A stretch of 64,000 nucleotides of DNA. Origin: Cenococcum geophilum. Its lineage: Eukaryota. The notes under the pieces are model-generated. The model searched no databases and was not told where the DNA came from. It saw nothing but the letters and a program-made list of their open reading frames with translations. Positions 62,743 through 64,000 of the stretch are shown piece by piece. Position numbers and translations under genes: made by a program. Position 1 is the stretch's first letter, and each line of letters opens with the position of its first letter. The stretch covers positions 930,001 to 994,000 of the forward strand of contig CP158636.1 of assembly GCA_050273025.1 (NCBI GenBank), in the 5' to 3' direction.

Positions 62743-64000
62743 CTAAGTCCCGATCTCGTGGATCGGGGAGCCTTGCGGCATTGGTTCCGCAGTGCGATTG
62801 TAACTGAACCTAAACACCGCGGTCCGACACTCATTGCAGGTCAAATCCGGTGCTAGCTTCCCAGCGATGCGGCAGTTGTCACACCTCAGCGCCTGGATCC
62901 GTCCGAGATCTTCTACATCTGCGAAGTCGCCAGCAGTCTGCGATGGTGGAGGTGGAGGAGGACGAGAAGGTGGCATAGGGGATATAGTGGACTCAGAGTA
63001 TGGCGAATCCGACGTCGAGAGGTTGGAGATATCTGAGAGGAGTCGTGATGCCAGGGCCGACGAATCTCGTGTATTCGGAATTGGTGGCCATGTGGTGTAA
63101 GACGTGTAGGGAAAAGGCACAGGTTTATCTTCTGAACGACCTGTTTCGGGGTTTGGAGCCAGGTGATACAATCCTTCCGGTGGACTCTGAGTCAAAGCTG
63201 ACGCAATCGCAGCGATGGATGCCACAGAATTCGGCTCATAAGGCATTGAATGCGGAGGCCCGGGCGGTGGGATCGAGTATGTTTCCTCCTGGTCGTCGTC
63301 CTTTTCGGCTAGCTCATGCTGTTGTAATGTGGCATAGGTAGTTTGGGGAGCAGCCGCATCCTGCGCTGAACTTTCTTGGTGTTCGGCTGTTTGCATGAGC
63401 TTGAGGACTCGCGCTTTGCGCTCTTCGGTGATGTTCATGTTGGGTGCAAACCCGACTCGAGTCGCCGACATACTGAAACCCCAGCTCCCCTGGGATAGCC
63501 CGCTTACGGAGGCTCCACCGCCCAAGAGAGTCTCCACCACATCTGGCCAACCAAAATATGCCGCATATCGAAGAGGTTGCCAACCCTGTTCGTCCTTTTG
63601 CCTGATTGACGCGCCGCGAGTAATAAGTTCGCGAACCACTGAGAGCTGTCCGTACTTGGCGGCTAGACAGAGAGGCGAATCCTCGTGATATTGGCCTTGG
63701 AAAAATTTCAAGCGCATTGCTGCACCACGGTCTAGTAATAACTGAACAAGGTCCGCGTTCCCGTTGGCGCTGGCGAGACACAGCGGACGTTCGCTAGCGG
63801 CATCGCGAGCATCGATAGATGCACCTCGATCTAGGAGGAGATCGATGACTTCACGGAACCCATTGCTGGTCGCAATGTGTATAGGTCTTCTCCCTAGGCT
63901 AGTTGCCGCTGCCTCCAACTCGGCGTTACCGCTTAGCAATAGCTGCACAAGGTCCACATCACCAGCCTCGCAAGCATAATGCAACGGTCTCATCGAGTTG
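62743..64000 (-). CDS. Ankyrin-repeat protein, 5'-partial, with Pro/Ser-rich tail and C-terminal CxxC-x11-CxxC
   Basis: 416-aa open frame with five ANK repeats (PLHYAC..GD...VQLLL, PIHIAT.NG, PLCLAS.NG, PLCLAAKYG, PLRYAAYFG); frame is open to the window edge; no RIP damage. Confidence 0.9.
   Translation of the reverse strand, partial: NSMRPLHYACEAGDVDLVQLLLSGNAELEAAATSLGRRPIHIATSNGFREVIDLLLDRGASIDARDAASERPLCLASANGNADLVQLLLDRGAAMRLKFFQGQYHEDSPLCLAAKYGQLSVVRELITRGASIRQKDEQGWQPLRYAAYFGWPDVVETLLGGGASVSGLSQGSWGFSMSATRVGFAPNMNITEERKARVLKLMQTAEHQESSAQDAAAPQTTYATLQQHELAEKDDDQEETYSIPPPGPPHSMPYEPNSVASIAAIASALTQSPPEGLYHLAPNPETGRSEDKPVPFPYTSYTTWPPIPNTRDSSALASRLLSDISNLSTSDSPYSESTISPMPPSRPPPPPPSQTAGDFADVEDLGRIQALRCDNCRIAGKLAPDLTCNECRTAVFRFSYNRTAEPMPQGSPIHEIGT

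Noticed and set aside
62535..63979. ORFs overlapping the ankyrin gene
   Set aside because: Shadow frames of a GC-rich CDS with no recognisable motifs.
1..64000. Starship or other giant cargo element, Helitron, tRNA/rRNA genes, telomere arrays
   Set aside because: No tyrosine-recombinase, Rep/helicase, structural RNA or tandem TTAGGG signature was recognised; heavily RIPed remnants could be missed.

Overview
Eukaryotic, filamentous-ascomycete-type DNA; no bacterial features. About 1-61.7 kb is an AT-rich block of nested transposable elements inactivated by repeat-induced point mutation (RIP: TpA excess, CAA/CAG/CGA/TGG turned into stops, LTR ends TG..CA turned into TA..TA). Target-site duplications (TSDs) let most of the nest be reconstructed. 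It holds four Ty3/Gypsy families, labelled here A (2 copies), B, C (2 copies) and E. It also holds an LTR element H, two full-length Copia elements (F, G), a Copia 5' fragment, four solo LTRs and a non-autonomous LTR element (D) with an internal repeat array. A gag-only LINE-like element, a Pogo/Fot1 element, a piggyBac element, a deleted hAT and two long-TIR MITEs complete the set. RIP fades at about 62 kb, before the only intact gene, a minus-strand ankyrin-repeat protein running off the right edge. Most notable: antisense Cys-rich (Zn2Cys6-like) ORFs in Gypsy 3' regions, element D, piggyBac ends that appear to extend outside TTAA, and the ORF1-only LINE. All calls come from manual reading and manual de-RIPing; no database searches were run.
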